IMG/VR virus record: IMGVR_UViG_3300046779_000069
Coordinates: 1 to 25,610 of that record
Direction: 5' to 3' (one strand)
Origin: a virus
Lineage: Duplodnaviria > Caudoviricetes
DNA: 25,610 nucleotides
Below the pieces are notes generated by a model that was given only the letters and a program-made list of their open reading frames with translations, had not been told where the DNA came from and did not search any database. Position numbers and translations under genes: made by a program. Of the stretch, positions 1 to 8,824 are shown piece after piece; positions within the stretch are counted from its first letter, which is position 1, and every line of letters begins with the position of its first letter.

Positions 1-1
1 C

Positions 2-187
2 GACGCGCTCAAGCAACTGCACAACGAGGGTATCTTCATCGACACCATCAACAAGCGCATGTCCAAGGGCATGAAGATGAACTCCCCCGCCGTGCGTGCC
101 CTGCACTTCAACACGAAGAACTTTGATAACCTCGTCCCTGTGGAGCCCGAAGCCGATGCAGATCGAGACGGTGACGTACCGAATTAA
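2..187 (+). CDS. 3' end of a probable replication protein (DUF927 / primase-helicase-like C-terminus), partial
   Basis: Open frame from the window edge to TAA at 185-187 (DALKQLHNEGIFIDTINKRMSKGMKMNSPAVRALHF...VPN*). It is not in the ORF track. KRMSKG...P.VRAL.F resembles the C-termini of phage DUF927 proteins (recognised from memory). Confidence 0.55.
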   Translation, partial: DALKQLHNEGIFIDTINKRMSKGMKMNSPAVRALHFNTKNFDNLVPVEPEADADRDGDVPN

Positions 188-350
188 CTGGGCCAAGTTC
201 CGACGCGGCTACTCCTTTTTTGTACCCTGCATTGACCACGAGGCGGCAAGGAAGGAGTTAGCCCGAGTTTGTCGGCGACTGAAGATCAAAGTTCTAACCA
301 AGGTGACCATCGAAGATGGCATCAAAGGATTGCGCGTCTGGAGGGAATGA
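156..350 (+). CDS. Small conserved phage protein (64 aa, SFFVP...GLRVWR family), possibly DNA-binding
   Basis: ATG at 156 overlaps the end of the upstream gene. Basic protein with the GYSFFVP and terminal GLRVWR motifs seen in small phage proteins. The ORF-track start at 96 lies deep in the upstream gene and is unlikely. Confidence 0.75.
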   Translation: MQIETVTYRINWAKFRRGYSFFVPCIDHEAARKELARVCRRLKIKVLTKVTIEDGIKGLRVWRE

Positions 351-358
351 CATAAACT
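330..358 (+). promoter_or_regulatory. Putative sigma70 promoter
   Basis: TTGCGC (330-335), 17-nt spacer, TAAACT (353-358), pointing into the intergenic region that ends in a terminator. Confidence 0.45.
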
Positions 359-363
359 AACCT

Positions 364-420
364 CGGTTGTTCATGGAATCTCCTCTGAGACTTAGCCCCG
401 CCTAGTGCGGGGCATTTTTT
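364..420 (+). ncRNA. Candidate small RNA with an anti-SD / anti-start-codon tract
   Basis: Lies between the predicted promoter and a U-tailed terminator. Contains GTTGTTCATGGAATCTCCTCT, the reverse complement of AGAGGAGATTCC-ATG-AACAAC. Confidence 0.35.
395..420 (+). terminator. Rho-independent terminator
   Basis: Stem GCCCCGC (395-401), loop CTAGT, stem GCGGGGC (407-413), then ATTTTTT. It sits at the junction of convergent gene blocks. Confidence 0.85.
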
Positions 421-3400
421 ATTTCTTTGCCGCCTTCTCTTCGCGGTCCAACTTCTTAGCGCTTGGCTCAAGGATTTCGACGAGCTGCGGGTAGAACTTC
501 TTGTCGATGGGGAAGCCACGATCCGAAACAATCTTGCGCTGCATTTGTTTCTTCAACGAAGCCGACAAGTCATCACCACCGATGGAGTTCATTGGGTTCT
601 TTGAGTTGAACTTAAAGATGTTCTCGAACGCTTTGCTGACATCCTCATCGTTACCTTTATCAATCTCCAGCTCCAAGCGGTCCATCAAGCTCGTGCGCTC
701 ACGTTTAACCTTCATCACTTCGCCTTGGAGTTTGAAGATAGCTTCGCGGCGTGCTTGGAGTCCCTCGGTTGCAAAGCCAAGTGATTGCGCAATGAGCTGG
801 CCTTGAGTGAACTCATCCTTGTCCTTGATGATCGCACCGGAGGTAGTGGTCGCGCCCTCTTTACCATAGCGTGCCGCAGTCATTGGTGCACGGAAGATAG
901 CAGGCATCAAAGTCTCCATACCTTGGAAAATCTTGCCTTGGTTGAAGTAGTCCACCGCCTTGGGGATTTGTTTGACAAACAGCGATGCACCGGGGCCGAT
1001 CAAAGACATGAAGTAGTCTTGCACTTCCGCAGAAGCAGTAGCGCCTTCTTTCACTTCGGGGAACCACATGTTGTTCATCGACAAGCTGCTGCTAATGTCG
1101 TAGCCGGTTAGCGCGGCAATCAAACCACGGTCAAGCAATTCATCGAGCGTATGGTCGCCGACCTTCACATTACCGAAAGTCTTAGGCAGCCAAATGTTGC
1201 GGAACCAGAACTCCAAGTCGCGACCTTCCAGCGGATCGTCCTCACCGTCACCACGCAAACCGTTCAAGATGCCTTGCAGCACGCCGAAAGTAAAGCTGAT
1301 GCCGGGAATACCGACCATGCCAGCCAATGCGTAGGACATGGTGAGTGAACCAATAAACTGCTGTGCGGCTTCTTTGCGCACCTTGGGGTCCGACTCCAAC
1401 GAAATGGCGCGGTAGAAGTTACGCACGAAGTATGTAGTCACAAACGCAGGGAACATCTTGAACTGGAACAGCGAGCGGCCCATCGGCTTGTGCGCATTCA
1501 GCAGCACTCTATGTTCTTGGTCGGCCAGCAAACCACGGGGGCGGTTTGAGGCGTGATAGTTACCCAGTGCCTCATGGCTTTCTTGCTCGGCCAAACGCAG
1601 GGCTTGCTCGTGTGTCTTACCCTTTTCTCTGTTCAAGCGATACGAAGTCATGAACGTTAGCTCACGAATCATGCGCTCGGCATGGTGGAACAACGCAGTC
1701 ATAGCGTTGCCGGTGCCACGGAGAACCTTACGCGCTGTGCTCTGGTTGAGAGCAGTTGCTTCGTTACGGCGGTTGCCCAAGTCATAGGCCAGCGTGGTTT
1801 CGCTGATGCCGTGGTCGAGCATGTATTGAGCAGCGCGCTGTTCGTCCGCAGTCAAACTTGTCAGGTTGGACATAGTCGGCATCGTGAACTTGCCGTCTTT
1901 GTCGGTAACGCCCAAACCGTTGAAGATGTTCATGGACTTACCCAAAGCCGCAGCAGTCTTGACCATGCCGTGTTTGGACGACAGCACAGGAGCTACGAAG
2001 ATAGGGATAGCTGTGAACTGAGACACCATGGTCTTGATCGAAGTCATCAACCACAAGAACGCCGATTTGTTAATCAAGTTGGAGGCTGCGAAACCGATGC
2101 TGCTCTCTGGGTCAGGGCGAACCTGCTGCTCTGTGCGAATACGCATCTCGGTAACGAACTCACCCAAACGTGACTTGTCGGGGTTGCCTTGCAACGAAGA
2201 TTGCGCACGCTCAATCTGGTTCATGATGCGTGGGCCGTATTTCAAGCGAGCCAACTGGCTAGCCGAGTCGGTACCAGACACCACGAAGTTGCGGTGAATA
2301 TCACCACCGAAGCCAGCCTTACCTTGACGGTGCATGTACTTGCGACGGAAGCTGCGCTCTGGGAGCGTGTGCAGGTACAACTGATAAATCTCGTCCTTGA
2401 GCTTGTCGGCGTCAACTTCTGTGCCGCCCTTCTTCCCAGCGTCGATGCTGTTGAAGATTTCCTTGAGCATGGTGCTCGCATCCATGTCTTGTTTGCGGGC
2501 GTTGGTCAAGTCGTTGCCGGAGTCAATGTCTCCGTCTTCGATCATCTTTTCAAGGGTGCGTGTATCTCCAGACTCATTGAGTTGGCGCACGCGGGCGCGC
2601 AGGAAACGCTCTCGGTCGAAAGCGCTCTCGAACATTTGGAATTCACCGCTCTTACCTTTGCCGACGCGAGCCCAATACTGACCGTAGCGCATCAGTGGGA
2701 AGTACGGATACAGCTTCTTGCCTTCTTCGTACATCTTCTTGATCTCAGCGATCAACTTACCTTTGGGGCTGTTGGGGTCGTTGGCTTTGCCAGACAAATC
2801 TGACTGCTTGATCTGTTCCTCCAGCAGCATGTGATACAGCTCGTGGTTCTGTTTATAGAAGTCACGCACCTCAGCGTACAACTGCTTGCTTGTATCAGTC
2901 AGGCCGCTCCACAACTTGTCGAGTCGTGGGTTGCGGATAGTAGCCGTGCTTGGGTCGTAGGACGACAGCGTGGTGGCGTGCATCACGTTGGCCAGCTTCT
3001 GGTATTGGTCCGCATCTTTAGAAGCCAACTCTTGGAGTCGGTCGGCGACCTTAACCATGGCGTTCGTGCGCTTGTTACGCATTGCGCTCATGTCACTGAT
3101 ACCTTGCCATGCTTCTGTGATGCCCTTGATGCCGAGTCGATCAGCCCAAGCTACGATGGTTTCTGTTTGCAACGCTGGGAGCAACTGCTGCAAAGACTTG
3201 AGGGCGAAGGACTTCCAGCCTGACACCATCACATCGACAAACTCGTTCTGGTCACGCAGCTTGGTCAAGTCGGTAATGGTCTCATTGCGGATGCTGTCGG
3301 CGAGATTGGACTTCTGCAACTTAACAGTAAGTGCATCCACCTTCTGCTTCTTCTGACGCACCTTCTTCTTGACCTGCGAAGAAACCTCGGCTGGCCCGAC

Positions 3401-6358
3401 GGCTGCGGCTTGTTCAGCAGCCAATTGAGTGCGCATACCTTTGTCCAGCTTACCGCTAATCAGTTGGTCGGTGATGTCGATGATGTCCGAAAGAGCGTTG
3501 GTTGTGTCTCCGCTCATGCCGAAGAAGGCACGGACGTTGTCCACGAACTGAGTCCACAAAGACTTCTTAATGTGGCCGGGGGTGTTGCGCAAGAACTTCT
3601 GGAACTCAGGGTCGGTCATTGCATAGGCAACAAACTCTCGTGGGTCGTCAAAGATTCCAGCGTCCACCAACTCTTCCATGTAGGCAGGTGTGATGCCACG
3701 GTCGATGTACTTGTTCAGGCGCTCTGCCGTCAAGTTCATTGTTTTAAGCAGGTCGTTGTAGGCACGGATGAGGCCCGCATCGCTAACGCGTCCACTCTGG
3801 ATGGCGTCGAGTGCCAAGTCCATCTTCTTGTTGAGCGCAGCGTGCAGCAGCTCGTGCAGCACGGTAACGTTGTTGGCGCCTTGTCCTGTACCTGCGCTGG
3901 TACCACGAATGAAAACATAGCGCTCGCCTGTCTTGGTGATGCGCAGGAACAAACCACGGGACACATTCCAGTCGTCAATTGCACCGCCTTGGGCGATCTG
4001 CGTAGGCGTGGGTTCGCCTTCCTCAACCACTTGGAACTTCACATCCTTGACGAATGGAAGCAGTCGGCGAGCCAACAACTGCTGGAATGTATTGCCTGTC
4101 TTCAGAACAATAGCGAGTGCCTGTGCACCGGTGGTGGCAGTCTTGAAGTCGTCGTTGCCCTTGCTGGTTGTGCCGGTGGTGGACTTAGAAATCTGACGCT
4201 CCATGCCAGCTTTGATGTCGGCGAGCTCTTTGGGCGTTACGTTGGCGGCCTTCAGCTTGTCGTTGATGCGTTTAACAAAACCAGTTCCCTTGAGAGATTT
4301 CTGGAGCATCAACAATGACTTGATAGCCTGCACGCGACCAATACGCTTTTCGTCCTCAGCACTGACCAAGGCTTCACGCGTTTCAATCATCGCTGGGTCA
4401 ATCGGCGCCAGCGCAGTGTCGAGCAGAGTTTCCGCAGCTGTAACAGCTTTGTTGTTGCGGTTGTAATCCAACCGTTGTTGCTTGCGTCGATCTTCAGAGA
4501 CAGCCTTCTGCTCAGGTGTAAGCGCCTTGCGCCCGCCGATACCCTTGCGGCTTGGCTTGGGTTTCTCTTCAGCTACGGCTTCTTCAGTAGGCGCTCCTTC
4601 GAGCGTGGCTTCCGCAGGCACGTCAACCTTCTCGGCAATCACCTCGGTGGGTTGGCCAGCGAGTTCTTGCACCTGTGTTTCGGCTTGTGGGGCTTCAATA
4701 GTTTCGGCGCCAACTGGGGCTGCTTCGGGGGCAGGGGCTGCTTCAATGCCGGGTTGCGCAGGGGCTTCTAATGCAACGGGCTCGACTGCTTCTCCTGCAA
4801 CAGTAGGTGCAACATTCTCTCCAGCAGGAACCATTCCATCGGTTGTAGGTTCTCCAACTCCTGTGGTGGGGGCGATTTGATCGGGCTGTCCAACCAACTC
4901 AGGGCTGACTCCACCTGCTTCGGTGATAGGTTCTCCAACATCTGCTGCTCCTGTTGCTTCTCTCTCGGCAAGCGCATCGTCCTGTGCCTCCCTTGTTGCT
5001 ACCGCAGTGGCTTCTTCAAGTGCTTCGGCCTCGGACATACCAATTTGTTGGTACTGATCCTTGAGGTCCATGATTCGTTCGGGGTCGGCTTGAACGCCTT
5101 CCAACCCTTCGGGTGTTGGGGCAGCCTGCTCTTGCTTGGCTTCATCGGCGACGATCTGTTTGGCCAGACCAACCGCCTCTTCTTCCATCAAACCGTTCTT
5201 TTCTTGTAGCTCAAGCGCAATGTCCTGCACGCGTTCTTCGGGTGTGCCGGTAACTCCAGCCGCCTCTTGGAACTTGTCGATGGCTTCACCAGCTTCTTTT
5301 CTACGCAGCTCTTCTTTGGCTTGTAACGCTTCACGCGCACCGGCAGTAGCACCCAAACCAGCGCCAGCCAAACCTTCCAAAGTAGCCTGCCCAACCACGC
5401 CGCGCATGGTGGGTACATCAAAGCCTTCACGCTGAAGAGCTATGTTTTCTGCGAGTTGTTCTTGGCCACCTTCCGCCGCTTCACCTGCGAATTCCTTAGC
5501 ACCGGTAACACCAGCTTGTTTGACGGCTCCACGACCAGCGATCTTTGCGGTCTCCTGTGCGGCTTGTTCTGCGGCTTCTTTGGTAGCCGCTTTCGTAACG
5601 ATGCTCTTGGCCAACTGACGTGCAGCGGCAGGCTCGAAACCTGTAGTCGCGCCGATTGTGCCGAGGGCGGCACCGCCCAGAATCATGTCTAAGTTCTTGC
5701 CGCCGTACTCCTGCGCCACTTGCGCACGAGCTTCGATCTGTTCTGGCGACATGTCTGTCTTACCAAGCGCGTCCTTGACGGCGTCATAGATAGAACCCTT
5801 GACGGTACCTGCACCCATGGTGGCACCAACACCTGCGCCAACTGCGGTAGCAGCGAGTGCGCCAGCACCGAGCACAGAAGCACCAAGCCCAGCAACGATT
5901 GCAGGAGCTGAAGTACCCAGCGCGTTTACGACTGTGTCGATAGGAGCAACAGAGAACGCTTTCACGGCTGCCGTGACTTGGTCGGCAACACCCTTATCCT
6001 CCGCTTCCTTCATGATGCGGGCGATCTCTTGGGAGTCCTTCTTGGACTGGGCGCTATACAAAGCACCGATGTAGTCCTCGACCCCCTTGATGGAGTTGGA
6101 CACGTCACTACCCGCGCCGAAGGCGTCAGCGATCATACGCACACCGGTGGCCACACCGGATACGGCTTTCAAGGGGACGTCGGCAACTTGCCGCAGGAAG
6201 GACTGATCTTCCGGCTTTGGTTCAGGCTTAGCGAACTGCGCCCAAGGGCCAGACTCTACGGGTTTTTGTTCCGCAAATTGTGCCCAAGGACCCTGTTCTT
6301 GGGGTTCACTCGTTTCAGCCTGTTGTGTTTTGAATGAATCCCAAGGTCCTGTCGCCAT
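419..6358 (-). CDS. Large internal virion / DNA ejection polyvalent protein (1979 aa) with zincin-like metallopeptidase and PLxRFG-type domains
   Basis: N-terminal GPW repeats, Gly/Ala hydrophobic segments and an acidic P/A/E linker. HELLH (3842-3856) is followed by EFVAYAMTDPEFQKFL. YFPLMRYGQYW (2672-2704) is PLxRFG-like. Last gene of the structural block. Confidence 0.8.
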   Translation of the reverse strand: MATGPWDSFKTQQAETSEPQEQGPWAQFAEQKPVESGPWAQFAKPEPKPEDQSFLRQVADVPLKAVSGVATGVRMIADAFGAGSDVSNSIKGVEDYIGALYSAQSKKDSQEIARIMKEAEDKGVADQVTAAVKAFSVAPIDTVVNALGTSAPAIVAGLGASVLGAGALAATAVGAGVGATMGAGTVKGSIYDAVKDALGKTDMSPEQIEARAQVAQEYGGKNLDMILGGAALGTIGATTGFEPAAARQLAKSIVTKAATKEAAEQAAQETAKIAGRGAVKQAGVTGAKEFAGEAAEGGQEQLAENIALQREGFDVPTMRGVVGQATLEGLAGAGLGATAGAREALQAKEELRRKEAGEAIDKFQEAAGVTGTPEERVQDIALELQEKNGLMEEEAVGLAKQIVADEAKQEQAAPTPEGLEGVQADPERIMDLKDQYQQIGMSEAEALEEATAVATREAQDDALAEREATGAADVGEPITEAGGVSPELVGQPDQIAPTTGVGEPTTDGMVPAGENVAPTVAGEAVEPVALEAPAQPGIEAAPAPEAAPVGAETIEAPQAETQVQELAGQPTEVIAEKVDVPAEATLEGAPTEEAVAEEKPKPSRKGIGGRKALTPEQKAVSEDRRKQQRLDYNRNNKAVTAAETLLDTALAPIDPAMIETREALVSAEDEKRIGRVQAIKSLLMLQKSLKGTGFVKRINDKLKAANVTPKELADIKAGMERQISKSTTGTTSKGNDDFKTATTGAQALAIVLKTGNTFQQLLARRLLPFVKDVKFQVVEEGEPTPTQIAQGGAIDDWNVSRGLFLRITKTGERYVFIRGTSAGTGQGANNVTVLHELLHAALNKKMDLALDAIQSGRVSDAGLIRAYNDLLKTMNLTAERLNKYIDRGITPAYMEELVDAGIFDDPREFVAYAMTDPEFQKFLRNTPGHIKKSLWTQFVDNVRAFFGMSGDTTNALSDIIDITDQLISGKLDKGMRTQLAAEQAAAVGPAEVSSQVKKKVRQKKQKVDALTVKLQKSNLADSIRNETITDLTKLRDQNEFVDVMVSGWKSFALKSLQQLLPALQTETIVAWADRLGIKGITEAWQGISDMSAMRNKRTNAMVKVADRLQELASKDADQYQKLANVMHATTLSSYDPSTATIRNPRLDKLWSGLTDTSKQLYAEVRDFYKQNHELYHMLLEEQIKQSDLSGKANDPNSPKGKLIAEIKKMYEEGKKLYPYFPLMRYGQYWARVGKGKSGEFQMFESAFDRERFLRARVRQLNESGDTRTLEKMIEDGDIDSGNDLTNARKQDMDASTMLKEIFNSIDAGKKGGTEVDADKLKDEIYQLYLHTLPERSFRRKYMHRQGKAGFGGDIHRNFVVSGTDSASQLARLKYGPRIMNQIERAQSSLQGNPDKSRLGEFVTEMRIRTEQQVRPDPESSIGFAASNLINKSAFLWLMTSIKTMVSQFTAIPIFVAPVLSSKHGMVKTAAALGKSMNIFNGLGVTDKDGKFTMPTMSNLTSLTADEQRAAQYMLDHGISETTLAYDLGNRRNEATALNQSTARKVLRGTGNAMTALFHHAERMIRELTFMTSYRLNREKGKTHEQALRLAEQESHEALGNYHASNRPRGLLADQEHRVLLNAHKPMGRSLFQFKMFPAFVTTYFVRNFYRAISLESDPKVRKEAAQQFIGSLTMSYALAGMVGIPGISFTFGVLQGILNGLRGDGEDDPLEGRDLEFWFRNIWLPKTFGNVKVGDHTLDELLDRGLIAALTGYDISSSLSMNNMWFPEVKEGATASAEVQDYFMSLIGPGASLFVKQIPKAVDYFNQGKIFQGMETLMPAIFRAPMTAARYGKEGATTTSGAIIKDKDEFTQGQLIAQSLGFATEGLQARREAIFKLQGEVMKVKRERTSLMDRLELEIDKGNDEDVSKAFENIFKFNSKNPMNSIGGDDLSASLKKQMQRKIVSDRGFPIDKKFYPQLVEILEPSAKKLDREEKAAKK

Positions 6359-6361
6359 CTG

Positions 6362-8824
6362 TTACACCTTTTCCCAGTTCGCTTGATCTGCGGGGTTGCC
6401 GCCTTTGAAGCGATAGCCTTGCATGATTTGCCCGGGTTTAATTGTAGGCGCAGCAGGTGTTTGTTGGGTAGGGGTTTCAGTAGGCTTACCGCCTTGTGGT
6501 TTCTTGCTTGAGATAACGGCAGCCACTTGGTCACGGATGCGAGCAGCTTCCGCGTAGTCTCCCTTTTGCATCGCCTTGATGTACGGACCGTTCACCTCCA
6601 GCGCGGCTTTCAATTCAGCACTCTCAGCCTTAGCTTCAGCGGCGTTAGTAGCTGCTTCAGCACGAACAGAACCGGGGTAACGACCGAGCTGGTCGGCGGC
6701 AGTAGCACGAGCCTGAGCCATGGTTTCTGCTCTCTTGACGGGGTCGGTAGCGATAGATGGGTCTTTGGCCACCCTTGCATCGAACAGAGCTTGAGCCTGC
6801 TTGTCCAAATCGGTAGGTTTGTTAACCCCGGCCATAGAAGCCGCAGCCTGACGCTTGGAGTTCTCGATACCTGCTTGGATGGTAGCCTGCTTCTCGGTAA
6901 TGTTGATTCGACGTTCGAGAGCTTCTTTTTCTTGCGCTCTTGACTTGTCGTACAGAGCCTCGGCTTTGCCTTTGAGGCCGTCTGCACGTGCTTGTTCTGC
7001 GGTAGCCAAAGTGATTTCGGACTGGCGCAAGAGGCGGTCGGCTTCGCGCTGTTCCTTCTTCATCTTCACAACTTCTTGACCGAACGCACCCATGGCGCCA
7101 GCAATAGCACGAGAAGTACTACCGGGACGCAGCAAAGCTTGAGACGCAGCAAGTGCGCCAAGGCCGACGCCTTCATCAGACATTTTGCTCAATCCAGCGC
7201 GCTCTTTTTTGACGTCCTCCATGTAGGGGGTCAACGCACTTTTTCCGTATCTCGCTTCAACAGCAGGCATCGCTGCACTGATCCCAGCTTCGATTTGCTC
7301 GGGTGTCTGAGAAATATCCTTCTTGCCTAGCTCGCTCAGCGTATTCATATAGTCATTGACGCCACCACCAGCGAACGCAACCACGCCACCACCGGCCATA
7401 CGCTCAGCAACTTGAGGTGTGATACCGGAGGCCAAACCGCGGCGCTCAGAAGCGCGCATGCCCATCTCGCTTTGAATGGCTTCGAGTTGGTCCATATCAC
7501 CACGGGCTTGTGCAGCCTGCGCTGCTTGTTGGAGCTGCTGATCTGACAGTTTGCTTACGATGCGTCCCACGTTGTCGGGAGAGTCCACAGAACCGCCGTC
7601 GGCGTAGGTCATGCCACCCTCGGCCATAAACTTGCTCAAGCCATAGGCACCCAAACCAATAGAACCGATCTGTTGCGCCATGCCGGGGTTTGGCTCGTAC
7701 ATACTCTTGGCTGTTTGTTGACCCAGAGGTAGACCGCGAATCAAGTCGCTGAAGAAGCCCAACTGCTTGTATGGGTAGTTCTGCTCGTTCTGGAAGTCTT
7801 CGTAAGCTTGAGACAGACCTTGCTGACGCAGTGCCTGCTGCTGGCCACCGTAAGCGGATTGCAACTTGTTGATGTCCATGCCTTGCTGGAACTGCTGACC
7901 GCCCAAAGTACCAAGCTGGCCAGCACCTTGAAGCGCAGTTTGAAGCCCCTGTAACCCAAGACCAGCACCGTATTGGCGTGACTGTTCACCGAGCTGGTTG
8001 GCAGCTTGACCGTATTGAGCACCGAGGCTGGCGGATTGCAGACCTTGGCCAGCACCAAACTGACGAGACTGTTCCCCCAGTTGCTGCGCTTGCAGGCCGT
8101 ATTGTTGGTTTGCTTGTTGTGCTTGCAGTCGGCGAGCTTGGTCAGCGTTGAATTGCTGCTGTGCTTGAGTAAACGCAGCTTGTTGGCCGGTAGCCTGAAT
8201 GTCGCCCAGTTGTGTAGCTAGATTGCGCTGGCGCTCGGCTTCAACCAAACCTTGACGAGAACCACCAAACGCACCGGCGCCGACGGCTTGAGCCTGCTGA
8301 CCTTGACGTGCTATATCCGATGCGCGACGAGCTTCGCGCTGTTGAACATCCACCACATTCTGCATGTAGGGTGACATGTAATCTTCGGCTGCACCGGGCT
8401 GGTTAAACGACTGAGTGCCGATTCGGTCGGCACGGAAGCGCCCAGCTTGGTATGGGTCAGGAGCTTGGAATTGGTTTTGGAACTGACCGGCTTGGTAGTT
8501 GGTACCGAGCCCACGCCCTGCAACTTCTGCGGCAACATCAATACCCGCACCGGTGGCACCGGAAGTCTGCATGTTTGCGGCGTTTTGTTGCGCCTGCTGC
8601 TGCATTGGGCTGAACCCAGCGATACGGGGCTGATCGTAGGCTTGGTACCCTTTCTCGGAAAGAGCTGCGCCTTTCTCTAGGGTTGACTTGGCGTAAGGAC
8701 GAGCCCATTCTGGGAGCTCTTGGATTTGAGTGCCGCCACCGCTGCTGGAGCCACCACCGCCGTCCATGGGGTACAAGCGGATACCGTCGCGTGAGTAGCC
8801 TTCAGATTTAAGCTTTGGAATCAT
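6362..8824 (-). CDS. DNA transfer / ejection (pilot-like) protein, 820 aa
   Basis: Gln/Ala/Gly-rich helical N-half (LPEWARPY, YMSPYMQNVVD, GAFGGSRQG), central MAEGG/YADGG/MAGGG/FAGGG motifs, C-terminal GYRFKGGNP.D..NW motif. ATGA overlap with the GNAT gene. Confidence 0.75.
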   Translation of the reverse strand: MIPKLKSEGYSRDGIRLYPMDGGGGSSSGGGTQIQELPEWARPYAKSTLEKGAALSEKGYQAYDQPRIAGFSPMQQQAQQNAANMQTSGATGAGIDVAAEVAGRGLGTNYQAGQFQNQFQAPDPYQAGRFRADRIGTQSFNQPGAAEDYMSPYMQNVVDVQQREARRASDIARQGQQAQAVGAGAFGGSRQGLVEAERQRNLATQLGDIQATGQQAAFTQAQQQFNADQARRLQAQQANQQYGLQAQQLGEQSRQFGAGQGLQSASLGAQYGQAANQLGEQSRQYGAGLGLQGLQTALQGAGQLGTLGGQQFQQGMDINKLQSAYGGQQQALRQQGLSQAYEDFQNEQNYPYKQLGFFSDLIRGLPLGQQTAKSMYEPNPGMAQQIGSIGLGAYGLSKFMAEGGMTYADGGSVDSPDNVGRIVSKLSDQQLQQAAQAAQARGDMDQLEAIQSEMGMRASERRGLASGITPQVAERMAGGGVVAFAGGGVNDYMNTLSELGKKDISQTPEQIEAGISAAMPAVEARYGKSALTPYMEDVKKERAGLSKMSDEGVGLGALAASQALLRPGSTSRAIAGAMGAFGQEVVKMKKEQREADRLLRQSEITLATAEQARADGLKGKAEALYDKSRAQEKEALERRINITEKQATIQAGIENSKRQAAASMAGVNKPTDLDKQAQALFDARVAKDPSIATDPVKRAETMAQARATAADQLGRYPGSVRAEAATNAAEAKAESAELKAALEVNGPYIKAMQKGDYAEAARIRDQVAAVISSKKPQGGKPTETPTQQTPAAPTIKPGQIMQGYRFKGGNPADQANWEKV

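Noticed and set aside
322-531. 69-aa minus-strand ORF spanning the terminator
   Set aside because: It overlaps the giant gene out of frame, runs through the hairpin and into the + strand gene, and has no protein-like features.
419-6358. Giant ORF as a tape measure or virion RNA polymerase
   Set aside because: No tail tube or sheath genes nearby, and no polymerase catalytic motifs recognised. Zincin and PLxRFG-type motifs fit a polyvalent ejection protein better.
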